The notes: a model not told the origin generated them from the letters alone. A stretch of 64,000 bases of DNA from Candidatus Glassbacteria bacterium (GCA_963752515.1 CAVVYO010000006.1:466284-530283); one strand, 5' to 3'. Shown: positions 24,570-34,652, counted from the stretch's first letter. A program made the numbers and translations.

Positions 24570-26689
24570 TTACTTGCCTCCCTTACTGGCCAGTGCGCCC
24601 AGGACCACGTCCGGGGTAATCGGCATCCGGGTGACCCGCGCCCCGATAGCGTTGTAGACCGCATTGGCCAGCGCCCCGGCGGTGGGGATGTTCGCCGGCT
24701 CGCCGAGCCCGATCACCCCGCGCTCCGGCATGTTGTCGATCACGATGTCGATCTCCGGCATCTCCACGGGCCGAGGAGTTTGTAATTTTCCAAATTCGGG
24801 TTGACCATCGTGCCGGTGTTCTGGTCCATCAGGCGGTCCTCCAACAACGCCCAGCTCAGGTCCATGATGACTCCGCCGTTGATCTGGCTGCGGGCGGTGA
24901 GGCTGTTGACGCAGAGCCCGAAATCATGGACCGCCACCACCTTGATCGGCCTGACCCGCCCGGTCTCGGCATCGACCTCGACCTCGATGAACTGACAGCC
25001 GCCCACATGGCGGCGGACAGGCCCTCGACCCAGCCATCGACGCACGCAAGGTCTGTTCCTGCCCAGCAGGGCGGTGGCATCTTTCCATTTCAGGCGGCGG
25101 GAGGGGTCATTGTTCGAGCTGATCGCCCCATCCTCGCAGACCAGGTCCTCGGCCTGGGCGCCCAGCACCGGGCCGACCATCAGCAGCAACTCGTTCGGGC
25201 GCGGTTGGCGGTATTGTAGATCGCCGGAATCACCGAGCCGATGGTGATACTGCCGCCCGAGCCGGTGGAGAACGGCAGTTCGCTGTTGCCGATCTCCGGG
25301 TCGACCAGTTCCAGCGAAATTCCCAGCACATCCGCGGTGACCTGCTGGATCATCGTGCGCACCCCGGTGCCCAGGTCCTGGGTGCCGGTCGAGGTCCGCA
25401 CGTTGCCATCCGGGCATAATCTCCACCTGGACCTTGGTGCTGCGGGCGCCGCCTCCGCCCCAGACCCCGCAGCCGACCCCGATCCCGCGTTTGATCGGCC
25501 CCTCGCCCGCGCCGGGAGTGGCGTTGCGCCGCCGGCTCCAGCCGATCCGCTCGACGCCGAGCTTCAACTGTTGGTGATGCCTCCACGCGCTCGGGATGTT
25601 GAGCATCCGGAACTCCACCGGATCGATCCCGGCCTTCTCGGCCAGCATGTCGATCAGGATCTCGGTGGCGAACTGGGCCTGGGGATGCCCCGGGGCGCGC
25701 ATCGGCCGGGCCTCGCCGGCATTGATCCGCACATTGGCGTGCCTCTTGAAAACCGCGCCCTCGGGGACATTATAGATATAGGGCGTGGGTACGCCCGAGC
25801 CGCCGCTGATCCCGGCTGTCCCGTTGGACTCCTCGGCAAAGGCGGTCAGCTTGCCCGCGGCATCGCAGCCGATCCGGATCTTCGTGTTGAGGCTGGGGCG
25901 GTTGCCGGCCGACAGGTACTCGCCCTTACGGTCGAACGCCACTCGCACCGGCTTGCCGGTCATCCGCGACAGGCGGGCCGCCACAAGGGCCTCGACCCCG
26001 GAGCGGGAACTTGCTGCCGAAACCGCCGCCCATGTACTGGCAGTCAACCTCCACTTTTTCGGGGTCGAGCTCGAAGATCTGGACCAGGTCATCCTTGGTG
26101 CCGTGAACCGCCTGGGTGGAGAGCCAGGCCTTGAGCGTGCCATCCTTCCACCGGCGACCGCGCTGTGGGTTTCCAGGCAGTTGTGGACCTGGACCTGGAC
26201 ACGGACCTCCTGCTCGACCACGTGGGCGGAAGCCTCCAGCAGCTTTTCCACCGCGGCCTTGTCGCCGTTATTGTCCCAGGAGACATTGCCATCGCCGCCG
26301 ATGCTGGCCGCGCCCTCGGCCATCGCCTCTTCCTCGATCACGGCGTAGGGCAGGACCTCGTACTTCACCTCGATCAGCCGCAGGGCATCCCCGGCGATCT
26401 CCGGGCTCTCGGCGGCGATAGCGGCCACCTCCTCGCCCTGGTAGCGGACCGTGTACTTGTCGAGCTTGAGCACGGCTTTGACGCCGGGCAGCCGCTCAGC
26501 CTTCGAGAGGTCGATCGAGCGGACATAGGCGTGGGCGTGCGGGCTGCGCAGGATCATCCCGTGGAGCATTCCGGCCAGTTGGACATCCTGGGTGAACTTC
26601 GCCGAACCTTTCACTTTCTCCGGCCCATCGACCCGAGGGACATCCCGACCGACATATTTCATCTGGTCCAGCGGTTTCCATGTCGCCAT
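24570..26689 (-). pseudogene. Molybdopterin-binding large subunit of a xanthine-dehydrogenase/aldehyde-oxidase-family enzyme (CoxL/PaoC-like), frameshifted
   Basis: Good N-terminus: MATWKPLDQMKYVGRDVPRVDGPEKVKGSAKFTQDVQLAGMLHGMILRSPHAHA. Recognisable internal blocks (RMTGKPVRVAFDRKGE, MRAPGHPQAQFATE, GCQFIEVEVDAETG.VRPIKVVAVHDFG) alternate with out-of-frame stretches. The C-terminus EMPEIDIVIDNMPERGVIGLGEPANIPTAGALANAVYNAIG is in a separate ORF, 24570..24767. Confidence 0.9.
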
Positions 26690-26691
26690 GC

Positions 26692-27332
26692 TTACCTGCC
26701 TCCCTTCCTGCCGGAGAGCTCCAGAGCCACCTGGAAGATGTGCGGATAGGCCCCGCAGCGGCAGATATTTCCGGAGAGGCCGTGCTTGATCTCATCCAGG
26801 TGGGATGCGGATTTTTCTCCAGCAGGCCCTTGAGCGACATCTCGAAGCCCGGGGTGCAGAAGCCGCACTGGTAGGCATCGTGACGGATAAAAGCCTCCTG
26901 GACCGGGTGAAGCTTGCCGTTCTGGCCAGCCCCTCGATTGTGTCTATCTCCGCCCCGTCGGCACTCGATCGCCAGCATCATGCAGGCATAAACCGTCCGG
27001 CCGTCGAGCATCACCGTGCAGGCGCCGCACTCGCCGCGCTCGCAGACACTCTTGGCGCCGGTGTGGCCGAGCTCGCCCCGGATCACGCCGAGCAGGGTCT
27101 GGCGCGGCTCGACCTCCACGCTGTATGGCTTGCCGTTGACCCGCAGGCTGATCGTGGTCCGGGTGATGTCCTCGGCCACCTGGTCCGGCCGGACCGCGGC
27201 CAGCCCCTCGCCGGGGATCAGCCCCTGGCCGAGGGCCGCTCCGCTGACCAGGCCGGTGCCCATCCCCTTGAAGAATCTCCTCCGGCTCAGGCCATTGCCC
27301 GGAGGAGCCTGCTTCCTGCCTCCATCACTCAT
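26692..27332 (-). pseudogene. 2Fe-2S small subunit (CoxS/PaoA-like) with twin-arginine signal, frameshifted near the 3' end
   Basis: Tat motif SRRRFFKGMG. Motifs: CERGECGACTV, YQCGFCTPG. The expected ..GNICRCGAYPHIFQVALEL.. is readable in another frame and ends at TAA 26692-26694, 2 nt before the large-subunit ATG. Confidence 0.85.
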
Positions 27333-27614
27333 CGGCGGACTCCGTGGTTGAAGTTACGAACAAGACGGCTGGTGATCGCGCTTTAAAACCGGGTCCGGGA
27401 ATCAGCCCGCGGGCGGGCCAGGGACTGCGGCCGCGGGCGGAGCTGTTTCGGAAGATTTGCCTCGAGAGACGCCGGCGGTGAAACCAGTCGGCGGGATACG
27501 CCCCGGGCGGAGAACCGCTCCGTGGACGTAATTGGTCGATTTTACAACCTACAACCCAAAAGTATTACTCTGAAAAACGGTTGTCAAGCGCCGAGGGTTA
27601 CGGTTAGGCGGCGG

Positions 27615-27644
27615 TTGACTTGCCTCCGGGGGAGGCCCATATTT
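27615..27644 (+). promoter_or_regulatory. Weak candidate sigma70-type promoter for modABC
   Basis: TTGACT (27615-27620), 18 nt spacer, ATATTT (27639-27644), ~90 nt upstream of modA. Confidence 0.3.
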
Positions 27645-27731
27645 GTGCCGTGGAGGGGCGATCCGCCATCACCGTGGCGGCGACTGTCGAAACGCGGGGG
27701 GCGACAACCCCGCCCTGAGCCGAGGAGATCG

Positions 27732-28496
27732 ATGCGCAACCTGCTGCCGATCCTGCTGTGCGGCCTGATCGCCCTCGGTTGCGGCTGCGCCGGCCGGGAC
27801 CGCCTGGTGATCTATGCCGCGGCCAGCCTGGGCCCGGCCCTGGAGGAGGCCGCCCCGCTGTTCGAGCGGCAGGCCGGGGTGCTGCCGGCGATCGAGCTGG
27901 CCTCCTCGGGCGCGCTGGCCCGCAAGCTCGAGGCCGGCGCTCCGGCGGAGGTCTTCATCTCCGCCGATGAGCTGTGGATCGACCACCTGGAGCGGCAGGG
28001 ACGCCTATCACCCGGCTCCCGCCGGCTGATCGCGGGCAACAGGCTGGTCTGTGTCGCACGCAAAGAGCGGCAACTGCTGTTCACCCGCCCGGCGCAGCTG
28101 GCCGTGCTGGAACGCCTGGCGGTGGGCGATCCCGAGCATGTCCCGGCGGGCCGTTATGCCCGCCAGGCGCTGGAGCATTATGGAGTCTGGGGGGCGCTGG
28201 AGGCCGGGGACAAGCTGGTCTACAGCCAGAGCGTGCGGGCGGTGCTGGCGCTGGTGGAGCAGGGCGAGGTCTCGGCCGGGGTGGTCTTCCGCAGCGATGC
28301 CGCCGGTTCGAGCCTGGTCAGCGAGGCGTTCGCCTTCCCGCCCGAGACTCACTCCCCGATCCGCTACTACGCGGCGGTGACCAACCGGGCCGCGAAGCGT
28401 CCGTTGCCCCGGGCGTTCCTGGAGTTTCTCAGCTCGGCGGAATTCAGGGAGATCCTCACCCGGCACGGGTTCACGCTTCCCGCGGAGGGCGCATGA
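27732..28496 (+). CDS. modA: Molybdate ABC transporter substrate-binding lipoprotein
   Basis: Start MRNLLPILLCGLIALGCGC (lipobox-like) preceded by GAGGAG. ModA-like ..VIYAAASL..AL.E......GV......ASSGALARKLE.GAPA.VFISAD. Followed by modB and modC. Confidence 0.9.
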   Translation: MRNLLPILLCGLIALGCGCAGRDRLVIYAAASLGPALEEAAPLFERQAGVLPAIELASSGALARKLEAGAPAEVFISADELWIDHLERQGRLSPGSRRLIAGNRLVCVARKERQLLFTRPAQLAVLERLAVGDPEHVPAGRYARQALEHYGVWGALEAGDKLVYSQSVRAVLALVEQGEVSAGVVFRSDAAGSSLVSEAFAFPPETHSPIRYYAAVTNRAAKRPLPRAFLEFLSSAEFREILTRHGFTLPAEGA

Positions 28497-29188
28497 GCCA
28501 GCCGGAGCTCGCGGCGGTGGGGCTGTCGCTCGCCATGGGCCTGTGCGCGGTGGCGCTGGACCTGGGCCCGGCGCTGCTGATCGCCCTGCTGCTGGCCCGC
28601 AGGCGGTTCCCGGGCAAGCTGCTGGTCGAGACCCTGGTTTTCCTGCCGCTGGTGATCCCGCCGGTGGTGACCGGCTGGCTGCTGCTGCGTTTCCTGGGCC
28701 GGGAGAGCCTGATCGGCGGCTGGCTGGCCCGGGCCGGGCTGCCGGTGGTGTTCTCCTGGACCGGGATGGCCCTGGCCGCGGCGGTGATGGGCTTCCCCCT
28801 GCTGGTGCGGATCGCCCGCGGCTGGTTGGAGGGGATCGACCCGCGGCTGGAACAGGCCGCCCGCAGCCTGGGCTGCTCGCGGGCGCGGACCTTTTTCACG
28901 GTGACCCTGCCGCTGGCCTGGCCGGGAGTGGTGGCCGGGGCGGTGCTCTGTTTCGCCCGGGCGCTGGGGGAATTCGGGGCCACCGCGATGGTCTCGGCCG
29001 GGACCCCCGGCCAGCGCACGATCTCGCTGGAAATCTTCCGCTATTACCAATTGCCGGGGCATGAGGGCGAGCTGGCGCGCCTGGCGCTGATCTCGGTGGC
29101 TTTGAGCGCCGCGGCCCTGGCCGCCAGCGAGCTGCTGGTGCGCAAGGCTCGCGGCGGCGGCCACCCTGCCGAAAGGACCGGCGGATGA
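28493..29188 (+). CDS. modB: Molybdate ABC transporter permease
   Basis: ATGA overlap with the modA stop. Multi-pass membrane protein with the EAA-type loop IDPRLEQAARSLGCSRARTFFTVTLPLAWPG. Confidence 0.9.
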   Translation: MSQPELAAVGLSLAMGLCAVALDLGPALLIALLLARRRFPGKLLVETLVFLPLVIPPVVTGWLLLRFLGRESLIGGWLARAGLPVVFSWTGMALAAAVMGFPLLVRIARGWLEGIDPRLEQAARSLGCSRARTFFTVTLPLAWPGVVAGAVLCFARALGEFGATAMVSAGTPGQRTISLEIFRYYQLPGHEGELARLALISVALSAAALAASELLVRKARGGGHPAERTGG

Positions 29189-30291
29189 TCGACCTGGCGT
29201 TCGAGCTGGCCTTGCCCGGCTTCACGCTGGAGGCCCGGCTGGCGAGCGATTGCCGGGTGACCGGGCTCACCGGCCCCTCGGGCAGCGGCAAGAGCACCCT
29301 GCTGGCCGCGCTGGCCGGAATCCGGCGACCCCGCGAGGGCAGGATCACCCTCGCCGGCGCGACTGTTTTCGACTCCGCCCGCGGGATCGACCTGCCGCCC
29401 GAGCGCCGTCGCCTGGGAGTGGTCTTCCAGGACAGCCTGCTCTTTCCGCATCTCGGGGTGCGGGACAACCTGCTGTTCGGCTGGCGGCGCACCCCGCCCG
29501 CGGAGCGCCAGCTGCGGCCGGAGGAGGTGATCGGGCTGCTGGAGCTGGAGGGCCTGCTCGGCCGCGGGGTCGCCGGCCTTTCCGGCGGCGAGGCGCGACG
29601 GGTGGCGCTGGGAAGAGCCCTGCTGGCCTCGCCCCGCCTGCTGCTGCTCGATGAACCGCTCACCGGGCTGGACCGCCCGCTGCGCGACCGTCTGCTGGCC
29701 TACCTGCTGCGGCTCAAGGAGCGCCTCGCGATCCCGATGGTCTATGTCAGCCATCATTTCTCCGACCTGGCGGCCCTGGCCGACCGAGCCGCCCTGCTGA
29801 AGGTGGAGCGCGACGGCGCGGGCGCGCGCCGCGGCCGGGTGGCCGCGTTCGGCGAACCGTTCGGCCTGCTGGAAAGCGGCGGCAGTGCGCTCGGGGCCGA
29901 GCGGATCGAGAACCTGCTGCACGGGGTGGTGGAAAGCGCCGACTCCGGCCGCGGCTACGCCGTAGTCCGCTGCGGCGCCCTGGCGGTCGGCGCGCGGCTG
30001 GAGGGGGCCGCGCCCGGGGATGAGGCCTGGCTGGCCATCCCCGCCGAGGACATCATCCTCTCGGCCGAGCCCCTGCCGCCCTCCAGCGCCCGCAACCGCT
30101 GGCCGGGGGTGGTGGCCGGGCTGCAACTGCTGGGCGAGGCCGCACTGGTCACGATCGATGCCGGCGTGACCATCCGGGCGGAGATCACCGCCGAATCGGC
30201 GCGGGAGCTGGGGCTGGCCCCGGGCCGGCCGGTGCACGCTCTGGTCAAGGCCCGCTCGATCCGCGGGGCCCGGCTGTCCCGCCCGGCCTGA
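29185..30291 (+). CDS. modC: Molybdate ABC transporter ATP-binding protein with C-terminal TOBE/Mop-like domain
   Basis: Walker A GPSGSGKST, signature LSGGEARRVALGRAL, Walker B LLLLDEP. ATGA overlap with modB. C-terminal ~130 aa beta-rich domain. Confidence 0.9.
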   Translation: MIDLAFELALPGFTLEARLASDCRVTGLTGPSGSGKSTLLAALAGIRRPREGRITLAGATVFDSARGIDLPPERRRLGVVFQDSLLFPHLGVRDNLLFGWRRTPPAERQLRPEEVIGLLELEGLLGRGVAGLSGGEARRVALGRALLASPRLLLLDEPLTGLDRPLRDRLLAYLLRLKERLAIPMVYVSHHFSDLAALADRAALLKVERDGAGARRGRVAAFGEPFGLLESGGSALGAERIENLLHGVVESADSGRGYAVVRCGALAVGARLEGAAPGDEAWLAIPAEDIILSAEPLPPSSARNRWPGVVAGLQLLGEAALVTIDAGVTIRAEITAESARELGLAPGRPVHALVKARSIRGARLSRPA

Positions 30292-30316
30292 CCAGCGCGA
30301 AGCCGCTGAAAAAAAC

Positions 30317-30345
30317 GTGACAGCGCCGCGGCCCCCCTGTATATT
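30317..30345 (+). promoter_or_regulatory. Putative sigma70-type promoter
   Basis: GTGACA (30317-30322), 17 nt spacer, TATATT (30340-30345), ~100 nt upstream of the ATG at 30446. Confidence 0.45.
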
Positions 30346-30445
30346 GCCGGCAGAGACTCACCGGCAAGCCCTGCGGAGCTTCCGGGCATGACCGTGGTAA
30401 CCGCAGCATTCAGCATCGCATCAGTCACCATTTCAGGGAGAGCTC

Positions 30446-31805
30446 ATGGATAAGATCGACCGTCGCGACTTCCTGCGCAAGGCCGGAGTGGGAGCGGTCG
30501 GCCTGGCCGCGGCCACCGGCCCTTGGGTCCGCACCGGCCAGGCCGCCAAGAACAGCCCCAACGACACGGTCAATGTCGCGGTGATGGGCATCCACAGCCG
30601 CGGCGCCCAGCATGCCGAGGATTATGCCCGGATCCCGGGAGTGCGGGTTTCGGTGCTCTGCGACATCGATGAGCGGCTGTTCCCGGAAGCGGTGGCCGCG
30701 ATCGAGAAGATCCAGGGCGTGAAGCCCCGCACCGAGACCGACATCCGTAAGGTGGTGACCGCCAAGGATGTGGATGTGGTCTCGATCGCCAGCACCAACC
30801 ACTGGCATTCCCTGGCCGCGAATCTGGGCCTGCCAGAACGGCAAGGATGTCTATGTCGAAAAGCCGGTCTCCCACAACATCTGGGAGGGCCGCAAGCTGG
30901 TCGAGGCCGCCCGCAAGTACGACCGGATCGCCCAGACCGGCAGCCAGAACCGCAGTCTGCCCCTGGTGCGCTCGGCGATGGACTTCATCCACGAGGGCAA
31001 GCTGGGCAAGGTCTACATGGTCAAGGCCAACATCTTCCGGCCGCGGGAGAGCATCGGCCGGGGCAAGATCACCGCGGTTCCCCAGGGCGTCGACTACGAC
31101 CTCTGGCTCGGGCCCGCCCAGTGGAAGCCGTTCAATGAGGTCCAGTTCCACTACAACTGGCACTGGTTCTGGGACACCGGCAGCGGCGAGACCGGCAACA
31201 ACGGGCCGCACTACACCGACATGGCGCGTTGGGCGCTGCAGAAATACGAGCTGCCGCAGAAAATCCAGTCCATGGGCGGCTTCTTCCAGTTCGACAGCGA
31301 GCAGGAAACCCCCAACACTCAGCTCTCGGTGATGCAGTATCGCGATGGCACGGTCTTCCAGGTCGAGGTGCGGGGGCTCTACACCAACAGCGAGGCCGAT
31401 GGCCAGACCATGGGCCTGCTGTTCTACGGCACCGAGGGCTGGATGCGCCTGGGCGGAGGCTCCTGGGAAACCTTCTACGGGCGCAAGAACGAGCCCGGCG
31501 AGAAGCTGACCGACTCCGAGGCCGAGAACCGCTACGATACCCTGAACGCCCGCGGCACCGGCGGCGGCCCGCACTTCAACAACTTCATCGATGCGGTCCG
31601 CGCCCACGACCGGAGCCAGCTCAACGCCGAGATCCTGGAGGGCCACCTTTCGGCCGCGATGTGCCACCTGGCGAACATCGCCTATCGCACCGGCCGCACC
31701 CTGACCTTCGACTCCGAGAGCGAGACCTTCCCGGGTGATGCCGAGGCTAACCGCCTGGTGGGCCGTGAGTACCGTTATCCGTTCGTCGTGCCGGACCAGG
31801 TCTGA
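30446..31805 (+). pseudogene. Gfo/Idh/MocA-family oxidoreductase with twin-arginine signal; single frameshift
   Basis: Tat motif DRRDFLRKAGVG and Rossmann VNVAVMGIHSRG. The frame breaks at ~30821: removing one A from GCGAATCTGG gives ..[22 protein letters not shown]... The remainder (30768..31805 ORF) is intact. Confidence 0.85.
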
Positions 31806-31861
31806 CCCGGCGGGAGGCCAAGCTGTCCCTGGAGCGAGAACTGATCGTCCGGCCGATCGGG

Positions 31862-32329
31862 GTGGTCCACTCCCCGTTCACGGAACAGCGGGGGACACCG
31901 GTCCAGCCCGCCCTGGCGGGAACGGAGGCCCGGGGGACCGTGGAGCTGTTCCCGGAGTTCGCCGCGGCGCTGGCGGACCTGGAGGGTTTCGAGCGGATCT
32001 GGCTGCTCTGCTGGCTGGACCGCTGCGGCCCCTGGCAGCCGGTGGTCACCCCCTACCTCGACCAGGCGGCGCACGGGTTGTTCGCCACCCGCTCGCCGAG
32101 CCGGCCCAATCCGCTGGGGATCTCCTGCGTGCGGCTGACCGCGCGCCGGGGCCACGTGCTGGAGGTGTCGGAGCTGGACCTGATAGATGGCACGCCCTTG
32201 CTGGACCTCAAGCCTTATGTCCCGGCGTTCGACAGCTTCCCGGGCGTACGGGCCGGCTGGCTGGAGGGACGGGAACTCCCGCCGCGCCACGATGCGGATT
32301 CCCGCTTTGCCGGCGAGGGCGGCCATTAG
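31862..32329 (+). CDS. tsaA: TsaA/YaeB-like tRNA methyltransferase (UPF0066)
   Basis: ..LFATRSPSRPNPLGISCVRL......L.V.ELDLIDGTPLLDLKPYVP.FD is the family signature. The true start is probably upstream of the GTG at 31862 (in-frame ..LIVRPIGVVHSPF..), with no ATG or GTG visible there. Confidence 0.8.
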   Translation: MVHSPFTEQRGTPVQPALAGTEARGTVELFPEFAAALADLEGFERIWLLCWLDRCGPWQPVVTPYLDQAAHGLFATRSPSRPNPLGISCVRLTARRGHVLEVSELDLIDGTPLLDLKPYVPAFDSFPGVRAGWLEGRELPPRHDADSRFAGEGGH

Positions 32330-32337
32330 CAAAAGGC

Positions 32338-32366
32338 TTGCGTTTCCGGGGGGATTTTTATATCTT
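32338..32366 (+). promoter_or_regulatory. Candidate promoter for tRNA-Arg
   Basis: TTGCGT (32338-32343), 17 nt spacer, TATCTT (32361-32366), ~27 nt upstream of the tRNA 5' end. Confidence 0.35.
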
Positions 32367-32392
32367 CCCCTTGCAGGCAACAGGAAATCAAT

Positions 32393-32469
32393 GCGCCCGT
32401 AGCTCAATTGGATAGAGCATCTGACTACGGATCAGAAGGTTAGGGGTTCGACTCCCTCCGGGCGTACCA
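32393..32469 (+). tRNA. tRNA-Arg (anticodon ACG), CCA encoded
   Basis: Manual cloverleaf. Acceptor GCGCCCG/CGGGCGT (G1-U72 wobble). D arm GCTC-AATTGGATA-GAGC. Anticodon stem TCTGA/TCAGA with loop CT-ACG-GA. T arm AGGGG-TTCGACT-CCCTC (one A-C mismatch). Discriminator A plus CCA. Confidence 0.85.
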
Positions 32470-32472
32470 AGT

Positions 32473-32517
32473 GAAAGGCCGCAGACTCGATGAGAGTCTG
32501 CGGCCTTTCCGCTTTTT
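32473..32517 (+). terminator. Rho-independent terminator after tRNA-Arg
   Basis: Perfect 16-bp stem GAAAGGCCGCAGACTC / GAGTCTGCGGCCTTTC with loop GATGA, followed by CGCTTTTT. Confidence 0.8.
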
Positions 32518-32537
32518 GGGCCGCCGTCGGCAGGTTA

Positions 32538-34265
32538 TCAAGGCGCTTGGATCGCGCCATCAAGAAAAGTCTCTTTCAACATTGCCGCCGCTTCATCAAA
32601 CCGGCCGCTTTCATAAGCCTTCGCGATTCCCGCAAAGCCGGTCCTCCCGCCGACAGCTGCTGTCCCGCGAAGATTTTCCCAATAACGTATTCTGATAAGA
32701 TCATCATAGTATCTTTGCCCTTCGGGGCTGTTTCTGATCGTTTCTCCGAGGTGAAAATCTTTTCCATAGCCGATCAATTCCGTATTGAAATAGTTTTCCA
32801 CGGGATCGGCGATGTCCTCATGCGAAACCTTCGCCAGCACTGATTTCATGATTCCAATCAACAGCCTGTTATCATCGGCAGCTTTGCTCAACATGGGCAG
32901 ATAAGCCTGATGCAGTGTTTTGTAATCAAAGGGATAAACAGTTGCCGTATCGCATGGCGTCAGATAGGTGTACTCGAATTCGTTATCGCCATCACGGTCG
33001 TACTTCCAGGTGTCGAAGAAACCGTTCAGATCAGTATCTTCTGTCCGGATAACCAGATCGACCCTGCCATCATAATCGTAATCAACCTTGATCCATCCCG
33101 TTTCGGCGCCAAGCAGGTGCAATCTCCTGTCCACGGGAGAATAATAAAACCTGAATTCACCGGATCTGTCGCTGTCTATTTCATTGCGCTTGTTGTCAGG
33201 GCCGCAGGAGGGCCCGCCCACCTGGGGCATCAATTCGCTCTCGTGGTTGAGGACGCCCTCCCAGCGTTCGTTGTGCTGCCTGCCGGGCGTTGGATCGATG
33301 TTGCTGTCATTCTCATCCCAGGTCAGCAGGGTCTTGCCCCACTTCTGCACTTTGGCGAACCGGGGCATCTCCGACCAATTGAAGATCGGCTCGGTCATGA
33401 TCCCGCGGATTTCAAACCTGGTACAACTGCTTTCAGGCAGAGCGATCGGACCCAGGCTGGAAATGGAAAAATCATAATCATGCCGGTTGCCGGCACGAGT
33501 ATCGTTGTCGAGATCCATGCTGTAGCGCAAGTTTTCGGCAATCAGCTTCACGCCCTCGAACCTGACCGCTTCCTCGGAAAGCGAATCGCCGTCAAGATCG
33601 TAAAACGAGAAGACGATTTCGCAGGCAGGAGTCAAGGTCCCGGCCTCGAAATCAAAGTAAAACGGATAAACGAACATTTCGTCACCGTTAAAATCGGAGC
33701 GCCATTCGGTCAACCGCTGGTCATATTCGTAGTTGGTGTGGTACCACAAACGATTATCATCGCCGATATCCCGGGCATAAGCCAGGCAATATGCTTTGCC
33801 TTCATATGTCCTGGGCGAAAAATACGAATAATTCTCTTCGATCCACTGGTACAAATATTGCTCATCGACATCGTTGTCGCGGTCCAGGTCCCGATAGTCC
33901 ACCACGCGGTCGATCGTGCCGTCCCCGTACCAGTCCGCCACATAAAGATCGCTGTCAAGGTCTCCCTCGCCCGTCAGATCCATGTCCCCGTCCTCGTCGA
34001 CGATTTTTACCAGCAGCGGCGCACGTTTTCCCTGATGTTTGTCATCATTGTCGATCAGGTAAATCACATCAATCCGGCCATCGTGATTGGAATCGACCGC
34101 AAATTTCCGATCCGGCCTTCCCTCGAGGAATTTCACGCCGACACTGCGATCCATGACCACCTCGTCGCCTGCCATTTTCAAGAAGATCTCATTATTGGTC
34201 TGGGCGGCGCAGCATGAGGCGGCGAGGGTAACAAGCAGGAATTGCCTAAGGATAAACCTGGACAT
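32538..34265 (-). CDS. Secreted protein with multiple EF-hand/dockerin-like DxDxDG calcium-binding loops; hypothetical; atypically low GC
   Basis: Signal peptide MSRFILRQFLLVTLAASCCAAQ (start at 34265). Loops: DSNHDGRID, DWYGDGTID, DLDGDSLSEE, DYDYDGRVD, DRDGDNEFE. Two sampled 60-nt lines are 47% and 50% GC, versus 78% in a sampled line at 35041. Confidence 0.8.
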   Translation of the reverse strand: MSRFILRQFLLVTLAASCCAAQTNNEIFLKMAGDEVVMDRSVGVKFLEGRPDRKFAVDSNHDGRIDVIYLIDNDDKHQGKRAPLLVKIVDEDGDMDLTGEGDLDSDLYVADWYGDGTIDRVVDYRDLDRDNDVDEQYLYQWIEENYSYFSPRTYEGKAYCLAYARDIGDDNRLWYHTNYEYDQRLTEWRSDFNGDEMFVYPFYFDFEAGTLTPACEIVFSFYDLDGDSLSEEAVRFEGVKLIAENLRYSMDLDNDTRAGNRHDYDFSISSLGPIALPESSCTRFEIRGIMTEPIFNWSEMPRFAKVQKWGKTLLTWDENDSNIDPTPGRQHNERWEGVLNHESELMPQVGGPSCGPDNKRNEIDSDRSGEFRFYYSPVDRRLHLLGAETGWIKVDYDYDGRVDLVIRTEDTDLNGFFDTWKYDRDGDNEFEYTYLTPCDTATVYPFDYKTLHQAYLPMLSKAADDNRLLIGIMKSVLAKVSHEDIADPVENYFNTELIGYGKDFHLGETIRNSPEGQRYYDDLIRIRYWENLRGTAAVGGRTGFAGIAKAYESGRFDEAAAMLKETFLDGAIQAP

Positions 34266-34652
34266 TGATCCGCTCCGTTTATCAAGAATGTACTGCTTCA
34301 GCATGAATCGGACAAATCTGGTGATAAAAGATGCTATCAACGGCGCCCGGTGTGGCTGTTTCCTGGTCTTGCAAGATCCGCTGAGCTTAATCCCCGGCCC
34401 CCGGAGTTTTTAAGGCCAGGGGACCAGAGCGTGCTCAGTCGCTCTGCCCGGCGATCCTCGCGGCGACCGACTGGCGATGGTCAGCTCCGGTTCCCGCTCC
34501 GTGAGGCGCTGACCGGGGGAAAGCCGGTCCCCTGCGGGCGGAATGTTCCAGGGCGGAGCGTTCGGCCGGGATAGCACAACCTACATCCATCCCTCGGTTT
34601 TTTCAACCGCAACAATCAGTCCGTTCCGGCACCGCAGATTGCCCGGAAAAAA

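Noticed and set aside
27333-27731. Moco riboswitch in the divergent region between the hydroxylase operon and modABC.
   Set aside because: The context is right, and there are GC hairpins (for example GCCTCC-ggg-GGAGGC and CCGCCA-tcaccg-TGGCGG). However, I could not recognise the conserved Moco-motif junction sequences from memory. It is left as a cmsearch check and not claimed.
32393-34400. Prophage or integrative element at tRNA-Arg.
   Set aside because: No integrase, excisionase or phage genes are present. I could find no direct repeat of the tRNA 3' end. Only one cargo gene shows atypical composition. It is reported only as a compositional islet.
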